From NCBI GenBank assembly GCA_963801605.1, contig CAWDFP010000008.1, positions 10,314 to 74,313 on the forward strand: DNA of 64,000 bases, written 5' to 3'. Positions within the stretch are counted from its first letter, which is position 1. Each line of letters opens with the position of its first letter. Origin of the DNA: an uncultured candidate division Zixibacteria bacterium (GTDB taxonomy: Bacteria; Zixibacteria; MSB-5A5; UBA10806). The position numbers were made by a program, and so were the translations under genes. Positions 41,083-51,932 of the stretch are shown one piece after another. The notes below the pieces were generated by a model. That model was not told the origin of the DNA. It did no database searches and was given only the letters and a program-made list of their open reading frames with translations.

Positions 41083-41334
41083 CTACTTGCCTTCCTTAAC
41101 CTCGATGATCTCGTCAGCGACAAGGCCATGCGCCTCTTTATGAACGATCTCCCCCGCCTCCTTATTGGGCGCCTCGAAAAGGCAAAAGACAGTGCCGTCA
41201 GAGTCGTTATACCAGTACTTGAGATAGTTTACCCCATGCTTCTTCTGGGTTTGAACATCCTTGCGATGAGCATCCGCGACTGCCTCGGCTGTGAGGCCGT
41301 TAACATTTTTATGAACGTCCATGTAAAGCGGCAT
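41083..41334 (-). CDS. DUF4242 / SCO4226-like nickel-binding protein
   Basis: MPLYMDVH, AHRKD, YLKYW, FCLFEAP, VHKEAHGLVADEIIEV. Confidence 0.85.
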   Translation of the reverse strand: MPLYMDVHKNVNGLTAEAVADAHRKDVQTQKKHGVNYLKYWYNDSDGTVFCLFEAPNKEAGEIVHKEAHGLVADEIIEVKEGK

Positions 41335-41463
41335 ATTTCCTCCCTTTTAAGGTTTTACTTAGTACTAATATGACGCTATAAACAAACGTACTTTTGCGGA
41401 TGTTCCTGGGAGATACAATCTCGCAATGAAGAGGAGCCGTCTGCGGCTTCAATAAAATGCTTC

Positions 41464-42003
41464 CTATTTTATAAACACTACAAAGCCGTTGACAAAGAAC
41501 ACAATTCCCACCGCACCAATACAGAGGCCGAGAATCCAAACCGGTTTCTTCCTCATCAGGGCGGCTATCGATGATAACAGTATCGCAATTTGCAGATAGA
41601 TCACCGCAATACCGAAATTCTGCCCATGCTCCAGCGCATGATCGCGAATCGTCTCGAACTTGCGGGCATCCGATTGTATGGCCGCTTTCTCGCTGTCGTA
41701 CCGGGCTATCTGGGCTTCGTATTTGGCGATATGGTCTTTCATCCGCTGTTCAACCTCAGGCGATGTTTGGGGAGCTAAATCCTGCAATTCGAGATTAAGC
41801 TCATCCTTTTGAATTTCGTAGAGGTATCCCTTCAAGCTTTTTGATTGGAAAAATGCCCACTGGTCGGAGGCCTGAGTCTGGCTCAGCACCGTGCGCGTGG
41901 AATAGCTGCTGCCCTTGAATGTCGAAAGCGTGGCGCAAACCGCTAAAATCACCGATGTAAAGGCGAGATAATTAAGCCAACCCTCTCTCTTGTCCTCGGC
42001 CAT
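41464..42003 (-). CDS. DUF4337 family membrane protein
   Basis: LAVCATLS, ASDQWAFFQSKSLK, LQIAILLSSIA; start at ATG 42003 with an upstream GGGAG. Confidence 0.8.
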   Translation of the reverse strand: MAEDKREGWLNYLAFTSVILAVCATLSTFKGSSYSTRTVLSQTQASDQWAFFQSKSLKGYLYEIQKDELNLELQDLAPQTSPEVEQRMKDHIAKYEAQIARYDSEKAAIQSDARKFETIRDHALEHGQNFGIAVIYLQIAILLSSIAALMRKKPVWILGLCIGAVGIVFFVNGFVVFIK

Positions 42004-42084
42004 ATAGATTTTCTCCCTATAAAATAAATCGGGGATACATCGTAGAAATATCCTCAATCTAATTGAAATGATCTCTATATAAAT

Positions 42085-42111
42085 GTAGGGGCGTATCGCA
42101 TACGCCCCTAC
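42085..42111. repeat. GTAG-type REP palindrome
   Basis: GTAGGGGCGTAT-cgc-ATACGCCCCTAC; degenerate relative at 58011-58040. Confidence 0.8.
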
Positions 42112-42156
42112 ACCATTTCCATGCGTCAACTTCGGGGAGTTGACGCCACGGGCTAA

Positions 42157-43076
42157 TTAAAGCAGACCGTACTTCTGAATGTTGTTTTCGGCGATCTGAC
42201 GGATCTTCTCAAGCTCGGCTTCGGCGCCGGCTTTGAAGAGGTGTTTGAACCGTCCCTGAGCCTTGAGGTAATCCTCAACCGGCTGACGGGTCTTCCCTAT
42301 TTTGCGCACGCGGGTCGAGCTTATTCCACTCGTATTCGACGATCGGGAACAGCCCGGTATTGACCGCTATTTTCGCGATCTCAATCGTCTTTTCCGACGG
42401 ATAAATCCAGCCCAGCGGGCAGGGCACGTGAACATGCAGAAATTTCGGCCCTTTGATCTTGAGCGCCTTCTTGACCTTGCTCATCAAATCTTGCGGATAG
42501 CCCACGGTGGCGGTGGCAGCATACGGAATTCCATGCGCCGCGCAGATTTCGAGCAGGTTCTTTTTCTGATGCTGATTTCCGAAACTCACCGCGCCAGAAG
42601 GCGAAGTCGAGGTGCGAGCGTCAAACGGAGTCAACCCGGAACGCTGCACACCGGTATTCATATAGGCCTCGTTGTCGTAACAGACATAGAGGATATTGTG
42701 GCCGCGTTCCAGCATACCGGATAGACATCCGATACCGATATCAGCCGTACCGCCGTCACCGCCCTGCGCGATGATATTGATATCACCTCAGTTCACCCTT
42801 GGCCATCAGCGCGGCTTCAATGCCGGCCGCTACCGCCGAGGAGTTCTCGAACAGCGAATGCACCCAGGGCATCCGCCAGGCCGATTCCGGATACGGGGTC
42901 GAGAAGACCTCGAGACACCCGGTGGACGTGGCGACCATTGTGTTGGGGCCGGCAGCGTCCATAACCAGCTTGGCGCCTAATGCTTCGCCGCAACCGGCGC
43001 AAGCCCGATGCCCGCTGGTAAAGAGCGACTCGGTGACCGGCGCCTTACCTTTTTTAGTTTCAACTGTATCTGACAT
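42157..43076 (-). CDS. porB: Pyruvate/2-oxoacid:ferredoxin oxidoreductase beta subunit (2 frameshifts)
   Basis: [40 protein letters not shown]. Confidence 0.9.
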
Positions 43077-43093
43077 TTCTATTCCTCATCATC

Positions 43094-44290
43094 CTATCGG
43101 GTTTTCGTTGCCAACGGGCTATTCTTGGGGGCCACTTCCGGGCGAAGGTCGATGAATTCTGTCGAGATGACCTTGCCGCGAGCGCCCTCGTAGATCTTCT
43201 TAATGGTGCTCGGCGGAATATCGCGGCCGCCCAGACCAAGAACGAAGCCCGAGATTATGGGTTGATGCTTCTGCCCGTAGAAGGCAGCGCGAAGCTCTTC
43301 CTGAAGCATACCGCCGGAGCCAAACGAGAGGGCTTTTTCAAGAACCATCATCTCTTTGACATGGCCGCAAACTTCGAGAATCTTCTCTTTCGGGAATGGA
43401 CGATAGGACCGAATTTTGAGAACACCGACCTTTTCCCCTTTAGCGCGGAGATCATCGACTGTCTCTTTGAGCGTTCCAACCAATGAGCCCATCGCCACGA
43501 ACACGCGCTCGGCGTCATCCATACGATAGGTATCGATCAAACCGCCGTAATAGCGGCCGAATTTGGCTTTGAAATCGTCAGCGGTCTTCTCGATCATCGC
43601 CTTGGCGTCTTCCATAGTTTCCTGGATTTTGTAGCGAGTCTCCGCGTACCACTGAGGCTCCGCCAATGCGCCGAATGTCATCGGATTTTTAACATCGAGA
43701 TATCTCTCGGGAGCAAACATTGGCAGGTAAGCATCGACCTCAGCCTGTTCCGGCATGTCAACCGGCTCGAAAGCGTGGGTCAGAATGAAACCATCCATAT
43801 TAACCATGACCGGCAGCAGAATATTGGGATTCTCGGCAATCTTGAAGGCCTGAGGATGCATATCCGCTGATTCCTGGTTGTCCTCGGCAAAGAGCATAAT
43901 CCAGCCGGAATCACGGACACACAGGGAATCGGAATGATCGTTCCAGATGTTGATCGGGGCCGATATCGCACGATTAGCGCAGGTGATAATCACCGGCAAT
44001 CTCATGCCGGCGATATTGAATAGCACCTCAGCCATCAGAAGCAAACCCTGAGCGGTGGTGGTTGAATAAGCCCTGGCGCCCGCTACGGATGCGCCCAGAA
44101 CCACCGACGCCGCGCCGAATTCGGATTCGACGTTGAGGAATTGTGATTTGAGAGTACCATCAGCAACGAACTGCGACAGATTTTCGACTATATGGGTCTG
44201 CGGCGTGATTGGATAGGCGGCCACTACGTGGGGACGGCACAGCTTGACCATTTCGGCAACAGCCATTGACCCTTCAATAAGTTTCTTCAT
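43094..44290 (-). CDS. porA: 2-oxoacid:ferredoxin oxidoreductase alpha subunit
   Basis: AAYPITPQTHIVE, VESE, NRAISAPINIWNDHSD, DGFILTH, GLGGRD. Confidence 0.93.
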   Translation of the reverse strand: MKKLIEGSMAVAEMVKLCRPHVVAAYPITPQTHIVENLSQFVADGTLKSQFLNVESEFGAASVVLGASVAGARAYSTTTAQGLLLMAEVLFNIAGMRLPVIITCANRAISAPINIWNDHSDSLCVRDSGWIMLFAEDNQESADMHPQAFKIAENPNILLPVMVNMDGFILTHAFEPVDMPEQAEVDAYLPMFAPERYLDVKNPMTFGALAEPQWYAETRYKIQETMEDAKAMIEKTADDFKAKFGRYYGGLIDTYRMDDAERVFVAMGSLVGTLKETVDDLRAKGEKVGVLKIRSYRPFPKEKILEVCGHVKEMMVLEKALSFGSGGMLQEELRAAFYGQKHQPIISGFVLGLGGRDIPPSTIKKIYEGARGKVISTEFIDLRPEVAPKNSPLATKTR

Positions 44291-44291
44291 C

Positions 44292-44549
44292 TCACTTCAC
44301 CTCCAGCACCATGTCAATATCATTGACAGGGCATTCGTAAGCGCACATTCCGCATCCCTTGCAGAAATCGAGATTGGCGTCATATTTCTTGTCGGCGCCG
44401 GTGATGCAGGCGTCGGGGCAAATCAGAACGCAGATACGGCAGTCGTTGCAGGTATCGTGCTTGAAAATCGGCTTATTGGTGCGCCAGCTTCCGGTATGGT
44501 TGGCTTTGGATGAGCCGGGCGCTACGAACATTTGAATTGGCTTAGACAT
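44292..44549 (-). CDS. porD: POR delta subunit (2x[4Fe-4S])
   Basis: TGSWR..KP; CNDCRICVLICPD; CKGCGMCAYECP. Confidence 0.92.
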   Translation of the reverse strand: MSKPIQMFVAPGSSKANHTGSWRTNKPIFKHDTCNDCRICVLICPDACITGADKKYDANLDFCKGCGMCAYECPVNDIDMVLEVK

Positions 44550-45093
44550 GAGAGCCCTCCTTCACCATTCCAAACGCCTTCTCGGCCGCGGCCACGTTCT
44601 TCTTTCCGATGATGCCCGGGAAACGCTCCTCGATGGCGTTCTTGACACCCTCGAATGAGATCAGTCCCGTCACTCCGGCGAAATAACCAAGGAGCGTGGT
44701 ATTTTGCACAGCACGCCCGATAATCTCAATGGCAATCTTGGTGGCAGGTATGGTTAAAATTGTGCCGTTGATCTTTAAGCCCAAATCTTTGGGATTCTTT
44801 TCGGTATCGACGATAACAAGTCCACCCGGTTTGAGTCCCTTGGCGACATCGATAGCGCCTATGAGAGTGGCATCCTGAATGATCAGAAAATCAGGCTCAT
44901 AGATTTGATTCCTGGCCCGGATTACCGAGTCGGATATTCTCACGAACGACTGGACCGGAGCGCCCATTCTTTCCGAACCGAAAGCCGGAAAGGCCAACGC
45001 AAACTTACCGTCGGCAAATGCCGCCTGGGCGATAAGCTCGGCCGCTGTTACGACTCCTTGTCCACCGCGTCCGTGCAGACGAATTTCCTTCAA
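44542..45093 (-). CDS. porC: POR gamma subunit
   Basis: EIRLHGRGGQGVVTA, FPAFGSERMGAPV. Confidence 0.93.
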   Translation of the reverse strand: MKEIRLHGRGGQGVVTAAELIAQAAFADGKFALAFPAFGSERMGAPVQSFVRISDSVIRARNQIYEPDFLIIQDATLIGAIDVAKGLKPGGLVIVDTEKNPKDLGLKINGTILTIPATKIAIEIIGRAVQNTTLLGYFAGVTGLISFEGVKNAIEERFPGIIGKKNVAAAEKAFGMVKEGSHV

Positions 45094-45183
45094 TTTATCC
45101 TCCTTAAAAGCTTCTAAAAAAGCTTACTTATATCTTATACGGCCCAAACAAAAGCCGATTGTGAATTAGTTTAAGGCTCTTCT

Positions 45184-45738
45184 TTATTTCTCCACTTTTG
45201 GATAAGTAATTTCTTTTTGCCCCTGGTATTTGCCCTTGCGATCAGCGTAGGATGTTTCGCAAACTTCGTCAGCTTCCAGGAAGATCACCTGGGCGATACC
45301 TTCATTGGCATAAATCCTGGCAGGCAATGGCGATGTATTTGAAATCTCCAGAGTGGCAAACCCTTCCCATTCAGGCTCGAACGGGGTGACGTTAACAATA
45401 ATCCCGCAGCGCGCGTAAGTTGATTTTCCCGTGCAGATGGTCAGGATATTACGGGGAATCTTGAAATATTCAACTGTGCGGGCCAAAACTATAGAGTTGG
45501 GCGGGATGATACAGGTATCACCCTTGAAATGAGTAAAATTACCCTCATCGAGTTTTTTGGGATCGACTATGTTGGAATTGTCGCCGGCCAGGATTTTAAA
45601 TTCATCAGCGACCCGGAAGTCATATCCATATGACGACAATCCGTATGAAATGCCGTTGGATTGTTTTTCGGAAAACGGGGTAATCATCTCGTGTTCGAGA
45701 GCCATTTTCCTGATCCATTTGTCGGGCTTAATCGCCAA
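45184..45738 (-). CDS. dcd: dCTP deaminase
   Basis: [49 protein letters not shown]. Confidence 0.95.
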   Translation of the reverse strand: MAIKPDKWIRKMALEHEMITPFSEKQSNGISYGLSSYGYDFRVADEFKILAGDNSNIVDPKKLDEGNFTHFKGDTCIIPPNSIVLARTVEYFKIPRNILTICTGKSTYARCGIIVNVTPFEPEWEGFATLEISNTSPLPARIYANEGIAQVIFLEADEVCETSYADRKGKYQGQKEITYPKVEK

Positions 45739-45778
45739 TTTTTCTCCTTACACAGCCTATGAACCCAATTAGCTGATT

Positions 45779-45841
45779 AAGCTAACCATCCGGCTAGGAA
45801 CTGTCAACAGTTTTTTGGTCAATTTGTTACTTTTTTCACAA
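45779..45841 (-). promoter_or_regulatory. Promoter of dcd(-por) with upstream CRP/Rex-like palindrome
   Basis: Minus-strand TTGACA (45807-45802)-17nt-TAGCTT; TTGTTAC-TTTT-TTCACAA at 45824-45841. Confidence 0.5.
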
Positions 45842-46041
45842 TGAATGACTGTTGAACATGGGGGAAGTTTCAATTATTACAAGATTTTAGGGATGTTATT
45901 ATTGATGGGTCTATACGGCGGATAACGGGTATCTTGGGAGATGATTGATTACGGTAAAATCCTATTGGGCCGAGGGTTTATGGATAGACCTTACATCATT
46001 TATTGACTATAGCAGGCTAACGATCAATCTATTTTATCTCA

Positions 46042-46797
46042 TCAGCTAAATCTTGCTACAAAATAGACGAAAACCGTACCCAATATTGTTAAAGCGATAG
46101 TCCATTTTGAAGAGCTTTTGCTGTGCGCTTCGGGCAGAATATCGCTGGCCCCGATATAAAGCAAAAAGCCCGCGAAAAAGCCGAGATATAAGAGCAATGA
46201 AATATCGGATAACCGGTAAAATATGGTCGATAGCGCCCCTATAGCCGGAGCTAACGCGTCCGCTCCAAGCAACACCAGCGCTTTTGTGTTGGTATTACGG
46301 TTGACCAGCATCAAACTGACAGTGTTAAGCCCATCCGAAAAATCATGAGCTATGACGGCAATTGCCACCGCGATTCCAATACCGAAGTTGATTTGAAACG
46401 CTAATCCAATTCCTACACCGTCGAGAAAACTATGTCCGGTCATCGCCAGCGCGGAATAAAGCCCTACGAGCGGATGATGATGATCACCATAGGCGTTTTC
46501 GTGGCCATGATGAATAATGGTGAGCTTCTCGATTATATGAAAGAAAAGGAACCCGACTACCATAGCGGTCATCGGGACGACGGGCACGGTTTTCGTCTCA
46601 TTGCTAAGATTGAAAACCTCCGGCAATATTTCAAACGCCACGACACCGAGCAGCACTCCTGCGGTAAATCCTAAAATCCTGTGAATCTGGTTCCTAAATC
46701 GAAGGGCAAACAGACCACCAAGAGCTGTCGAAACAAATGTCGCCGCCGCAAATATCAGTACAACCACTAAGCCCTCTTTTGATTGATCGACATACAA
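46042..46797 (-). CDS. ZIP family metal transporter
   Basis: GFTAGVLLG...ILPE, His-rich loop, HSFLDG, AHDFSDG, DILPEAH; start codon uncertain. Confidence 0.9.
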   Translation of the reverse strand: MYVDQSKEGLVVVLIFAAATFVSTALGGLFALRFRNQIHRILGFTAGVLLGVVAFEILPEVFNLSNETKTVPVVPMTAMVVGFLFFHIIEKLTIIHHGHENAYGDHHHPLVGLYSALAMTGHSFLDGVGIGLAFQINFGIGIAVAIAVIAHDFSDGLNTVSLMLVNRNTNTKALVLLGADALAPAIGALSTIFYRLSDISLLLYLGFFAGFLLYIGASDILPEAHSKSSSKWTIALTILGTVFVYFVARFS

Positions 46798-46800
46798 CTC

Positions 46801-46826
46801 CTCAGGTCGCAGGCGACCTGAGCTAC
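46801..46826 (-). repeat. GTAG-led REP-like palindrome
   Basis: Minus strand GTAG-CTCAGGTCGC-ct-GCGACCTGAG, perfect 10-bp stem. Confidence 0.65.
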
Positions 46827-47398
46827 ATCAGCTTAATAAGTTCTTTATATCTGAAACAATCGACCAGATGATCGTTTACCATTCCCGCGGCCTGCATAAA
46901 GGCATAGCAGATCGTTGAGCCGACAAACTGAAAGCCCCGCGATTTTAATTCGGCGCTCATCTGGTCCGATTGTTTGGTTTTAGCCGGAATTTGGGAGAGG
47001 GTACGCCATTTGTTTACAACGGGCTTACCACCAGAAAACTGCCAGATATATTTATCGAAACTGCCATACTCCATCTGGATATTATTGAAGCAGCGGGCGT
47101 TGTTGATTGTAGCCAATATTTTCGCCTTATTGCGGACGATACCCTGGTCTAAAGTTAGTTTCAGAATTTTGCGACGCTCGAAACGCGCGATTCTGCCCGG
47201 ATCAAAATTATCGAACGCTTCGCGGAAATTTTCGCGCTTATTGAGAATGGTGGACCAGCTTAGTCCTGCCTGGAATGAATCGAGGACGATAAATTCGAAT
47301 AGCTTCTGATCGTCATGAAGCGGCACGCCCCATTCGGTATCATGGTAGGCGATCATTAATTCGTTATCTTTTGCTGGCCACGGGCAACGGGTGGGCAT
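46823..47398 (-). CDS. tag: DNA-3-methyladenine glycosylase I
   Basis: RCPW, YHDTEWG, QAGLSWSTIL.KRENFR, GFQFVGSTICYAFMQAAGMVNDH..C. Confidence 0.95.
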   Translation of the reverse strand: MPTRCPWPAKDNELMIAYHDTEWGVPLHDDQKLFEFIVLDSFQAGLSWSTILNKRENFREAFDNFDPGRIARFERRKILKLTLDQGIVRNKAKILATINNARCFNNIQMEYGSFDKYIWQFSGGKPVVNKWRTLSQIPAKTKQSDQMSAELKSRGFQFVGSTICYAFMQAAGMVNDHLVDCFRYKELIKLM

Positions 47399-47435
47399 GG
47401 GCGGTCCTTTTTAATGCTAAATTTTCATGGCAGTA

Positions 47436-48396
47436 TTACAAATTGGTTTTAATAAAATTAACTGTGTCTTTCCCTATTCTATTCATGTAATTAGTTGTTA
47501 CGCTGTCCATAATATATTTTTGTGATAGTTCAGATAAGTTTGTGCTAACAAAAATAGGGTTCATAAAACCTGAAGATATAAAAAAAGATTTGAATGGCTT
47601 ACAATCATAACGCAATACTATACATTTGTCGTTTCTTAAAGTATATTTAATATCCTTTGTTATGTTATCTTCTAATTTGGGATCAAGTATAGTAGGGTAA
47701 AATATTATGCTACCACCCGAATGGTTGATTTGATTAATACTATCCAAATTGGAATTGATATAACTCGCCAAACCGTTAAGCTTATTTAATTGAGTTAATT
47801 CCGTTAGGGAATAGAATAGCGAACTGCAATATTTTGCTTTAATCAATTCTACTTTGTAACCCAGATTTCGTAATATATCGGCAGATTGATATATATTGCC
47901 CGATTCTTCAAAGGATAATTTAATGTAATATTTATAATTTTGCTGAATAATATTAAATATTGTGTCTTGAGCAGTTGGGTCAAATGATAAATGAATGAAC
48001 TCTTTTATATTATTAAAATCATTATCTATATCTACTCCAAAAAGGCTTTTTAGGCTCATATTTGCTTCATTGAATATAATATTTGACGCAGATAATGGTT
48101 CGTTTACTATATTTGTATCAGATGCAATTAATCCACAATATGATTCCACCATATCGTTTCATAAACGTTGAATAATAAGATGCAAATCTTAAATTATTTT
48201 TGCCAATGGCATTTAAAATGTGGCTCATATTGAAATCAAATAGGTATCTTTTATCAATAAAGGTATGAATTTCTAATTTTGATTTAGCTAAAGTGGTAGT
48301 ATCATGTATGAATACTGATAGGGGAAATTCAACAGCCCCATAGATTAAGGCTTCTTGGCGTGATTGTAAATAAAGGGGCGAGTACAATAAGTACAT
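47436..48396 (-). pseudogene. AT-rich hypothetical gene, fragmented
   Basis: Overlapping ORFs 48118-48396 and 47436-48152 in a visibly AT-rich segment; no clear family. Confidence 0.35.
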
Positions 48397-48950
48397 TTTA
48401 CTAAATCAACATCAGTTAATATCAAGCTATCCAACAAATTCGGATGACCAAAGTAATTATAATCGAGTTTTAGTTTTAATTAGGCTGGAATCCAGAGGTA
48501 ATTTTAAGGCGGTATTTAATATTTCATCATTTAAATTTAATATGTTTATACGCTAGGTAATCCCGGGGCTGAAGTAATAGTTTCTTTGCCTAGCGGGAAA
48601 TGCATGACACAATTCCGTCGCGAAAAATACTTAACTTAAGCAATTCTATTGCAGCATTTTTTCGTGGTGGGCTTTATGGTTATTAAATCAAATTCGCAAA
48701 TAGCGAATATTTGAAGAGTTAGTCCGATATACAATTAGATTCGTAATGCCGATTTTAAACTTTGGAGGCCAAAAATAATCTCGGAGGGGATTAATTAGTA
48801 ATAGAATAGCACCCAAAAGTGAGCCCAATATAAATTATAATTTTGAGCGATTGTCTTAATATTAGCGGTGACTTTTGATAAACCCTTATTTTTCATTAGA
48901 AATCGAGATTTCTTAGATGCGCCATCGTTTTCATCCAGGCATTTATATTT

Positions 48951-50424
48951 CTACCTCAGCATCCCCGCTTCATTGAGGAGGAATTTGGAGAGCACACGAA
49001 CGCCGAAGCCGGTGGCGCCTTTGTAGCGGTAAGGATGGCCGGCCGTATCTTCGTGATCCATCCCGGCGATATCCAGATGCGCCCAGGGGTAATCAGTGAA
49101 AGCCTCAAGAAACTTGCCCGCAGTGATTGCGCCGCCCCAACGGCCGCCGGAATTCTTCATATCGGCTGCTGGTGTTTTGAGAAGCTCTTTGTAATCGTCC
49201 CATAAGGGCAAGCTGCCAGAGCCTCTCCCCCGTTTGCTGACCGGCTTCGAGAATCAAATCAAGCAAGTCCTGATCTTTGCCCATCAGTCCGCCCGCGATA
49301 TTCATACCCAGCGCCACCATACATGCGCCGGTCAGGGTAGCGATATCAATCACATATTTAGGGTTGAAGCGTTTGGCATATACTAACGCGTCGGCGAGAA
49401 TCAACCGCCCTTCAGCGTCGGTGGAGATAACCTCAATAGTTTTGCCATTGGACGCGGTCAGCACGTCGCCCGGACGATAGGCTGTGCCTGACGGCATATT
49501 CTCAACTAGCGGGGTGATACCGACAATATTTAATTTCGGCTTGATCCTCCCCAGCACGTGCATGATTGATATCACCGCGCCGGCGCCGCCCATATCACCT
49601 TTCATCGCTTCCATGCCGTCACCCGGCTTGAGCGAGATACCGCCGGAATCGAAAGTCACGCCTTTACCGACTAACACAATCGGCGGCGCACCCGGTTTGC
49701 CACCCTTGTATTCCCAGACTACCATTTTGGGACGATTGGCCGAACCTTGCGCCACTCCCAATAGCGATCCCATTTTCAGACGAATAAGCTGGGCTTCATC
49801 GAGCACTTTAACAGGGATTTTATTTTCGCGGCCGAGGCGCTTGGCCTCATCGGCCAATATTGACGGTGTAAGCAGATTGCCGGGAAGATTGGCAAGATCA
49901 CGAGCCATACAGGTGCCCTCATCCATCGTCTGAATGGCCCTGATGAAGGCATCATTAATATTGGAGTTGCCAACAAAGAAAAAGGCGGTCTTAAGCTTGC
50001 TTTCCTCTTTTTCCGTTTTAAGGCGATCGAAACGATAGTCCCCGAGAATAGCGCCGTCGATTAGCGGTGCGATAGTTTCCGCTATATCATCAACCGGCAA
50101 AAATGCCACCGTACGAAGCTTGCGTACGTTTCGAATCGCAATCCCGGCAGCCCGGCGGATATTTTCGGGAGTAGAAGTTTTCTTCTTGCCCAAACCGACA
50201 AGAATCATCCTCGGGGCTTTGGCGTTGCTAAGCGGATATATTTGAAAGATCTCTCCGCTTACACCTCTGAAATGTTCTTTTTCGAAAGCCGATTTGATTA
50301 GCTTGCCCAGAGCGCCATTCAGGCCGGGACCATCCTGATATTGCAGCGATATCAAAGCATCGCACTTAAAATCCTCGTACTTACCCTTTGCAATCTTACA
50401 TTCCACGGCATTCTCCTTTGCCAA
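48951..50424 (-). CDS. pepA: Leucyl aminopeptidase, M17 (frameshift near 49205)
   Basis: [43 protein letters not shown]. Confidence 0.93.
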
Positions 50425-50503
50425 TAATGTCGATCAAAGTTGCTCGGTCGAATCCGCGCGAATCTCCCTGACTCCGCGACTTTACGCCATTCTATCAGGT
50501 CTA

Positions 50504-50995
50504 TCACGTAATCTGTTTAAACTTTTCACTGGATGCTCCGCAGTGCGGACACCTGTCCGGCGCGTTTCCGGCAACCGTATGGCCGCAAACAGAACAAACG
50601 AAATAATCGCTTTCCTTTTCTTGCCCCAACTGTTCCAATAGACGCGAAAGCAGATTGCCATGCACTTTTTCAGCAGCCATAGCGTTGCGGAAAGACATCA
50701 CCGCCCTGGGATTGCCATCCTTTTCGGCCTGCGCTAAAAAAGCCGGATACATTTGGGTATACTCGTAAGTTTCGCCATCGATGGCGCTGGTTAGATTATG
50801 CTCGCTGTTGCCTACCTCACCCATAACCGCCAAATGGCTTTGGGCGTGTACACGTTCAGCTTCGGCTAAAGCCCGGAATAATTTGGCCACCTGCTTGTTG
50901 CCTTCCTTTTCGGCAGCAGCGGCGTTGGCCAGATATTTCATGTGCGCTTTGGATTCGCCGGAAAAAGCGGTGTTCAGATTGTCATCGGTACTCAA
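50504..50995 (-). CDS. rbr: Rubrerythrin
   Basis: AFSGES, EAERVHA, GETYEYTQMYP, AEKVH, CSVCGH...CPHCG. Confidence 0.92.
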   Translation of the reverse strand: MSTDDNLNTAFSGESKAHMKYLANAAAAEKEGNKQVAKLFRALAEAERVHAQSHLAVMGEVGNSEHNLTSAIDGETYEYTQMYPAFLAQAEKDGNPRAVMSFRNAMAAEKVHGNLLSRLLEQLGQEKESDYFVCSVCGHTVAGNAPDRCPHCGASSEKFKQIT

Positions 50996-51361
50996 GATTC
51001 CTCCAAGCCATACTTAACGTTAATTTTAAAACCTATCAGAATATGACAGTATAAGTCAAGCGTTATATTGATTACAAATATCTATCCTCCAATTGAGAAT
51101 CAATAATAAGTTAACATATTGACATCATTTATCAAAATGATATTTACGATTTAGAATATTCAATAAGGAATTAAGATTTCAATGTATGCTTTATATTATG
51201 CTGGCCGCGATAGTATGATAATAATAATGGAGCCTGACCCCATATTAGATTTTTCGCACAATGGTTCCCGGAATTATTAATTATTTTGTTTAATTATGAT
51301 TCGTAACCCATAACATATCAAAAGGTTACAAAATGGAGCCACATTTTCTTAAGAAAATACT

Positions 51362-51380
51362 ATACTTTATTGTAAAGTAT
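51362..51380 (+). promoter_or_regulatory. Palindromic operator, likely for the Rrf2 regulator
   Basis: ATACTTTA-ttg-TAAAGTAT about 45 nt before the Rrf2 start. Confidence 0.55.
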
Positions 51381-51423
51381 TAGTTTATATAGGTGAAATT
51401 ATAGAGAAAGGGTACTGGGGAAG

Positions 51424-51912
51424 ATGAAAATAAGCGCACTTGAAGAATATGGGATACGCTGCATGCTGTTATTGGCACGGACCGAACCGGGCGATACGCT
51501 GACGTTGCCGGAGTTCCAGGAAAAGGAAGGGCTTTCGATACCTTATGCCGCGAAGCTTCTTATGATTCTAAAAAAAGCGGGCCTGGTTAAAGCGTCACGA
51601 GGACGAAAAGGCGGATATGCGTTAGCCAGAGCAGCAGATGATATTCAGCTCAAAGAGATAATCGACGCGCTTGGTGAACCGGCTTTCTCTTCATCGCATT
51701 GTGGACGGCATACCGGACAATTCGATGCCTGTGTTCATCAGAATGATTGCCAGGTTCGCGTAATTTGGAAATCGTTTGATAGTTTTATCAGCCAGCTTTT
51801 AAGCGGAATTACGTTAGCCGATGTAGCCGCAGGAAAACTTGCGAATTTGGAAAACATACAAGTTACGATGAGTGGCGAGGCAGACTCGTCGGGCGAATTA
51901 TATCAAAAATAA
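51424..51912 (+). CDS. Rrf2 family transcriptional regulator
   Basis: EYGIRCMLLLA, SRGRKGGYALAR, C-x8-C-x5-C cluster ligands. Confidence 0.92.
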   Translation: MKISALEEYGIRCMLLLARTEPGDTLTLPEFQEKEGLSIPYAAKLLMILKKAGLVKASRGRKGGYALARAADDIQLKEIIDALGEPAFSSSHCGRHTGQFDACVHQNDCQVRVIWKSFDSFISQLLSGITLADVAAGKLANLENIQVTMSGEADSSGELYQK

Positions 51913-51932
51913 GGGGAAGATTGAGGCAGGTA

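Noticed and set aside
42004..42129. N-terminal extension of the DUF4337 ORF (MTHGNGVGAYAIRPY...)
   Set aside because: Translation of a REP palindrome; the real start is ATG 42003
38500..42150. Integron cassette array
   Set aside because: Genes have their own promoters and mixed orientation; no RYYYAAC...GTTRRRY attC pairs or integrase seen
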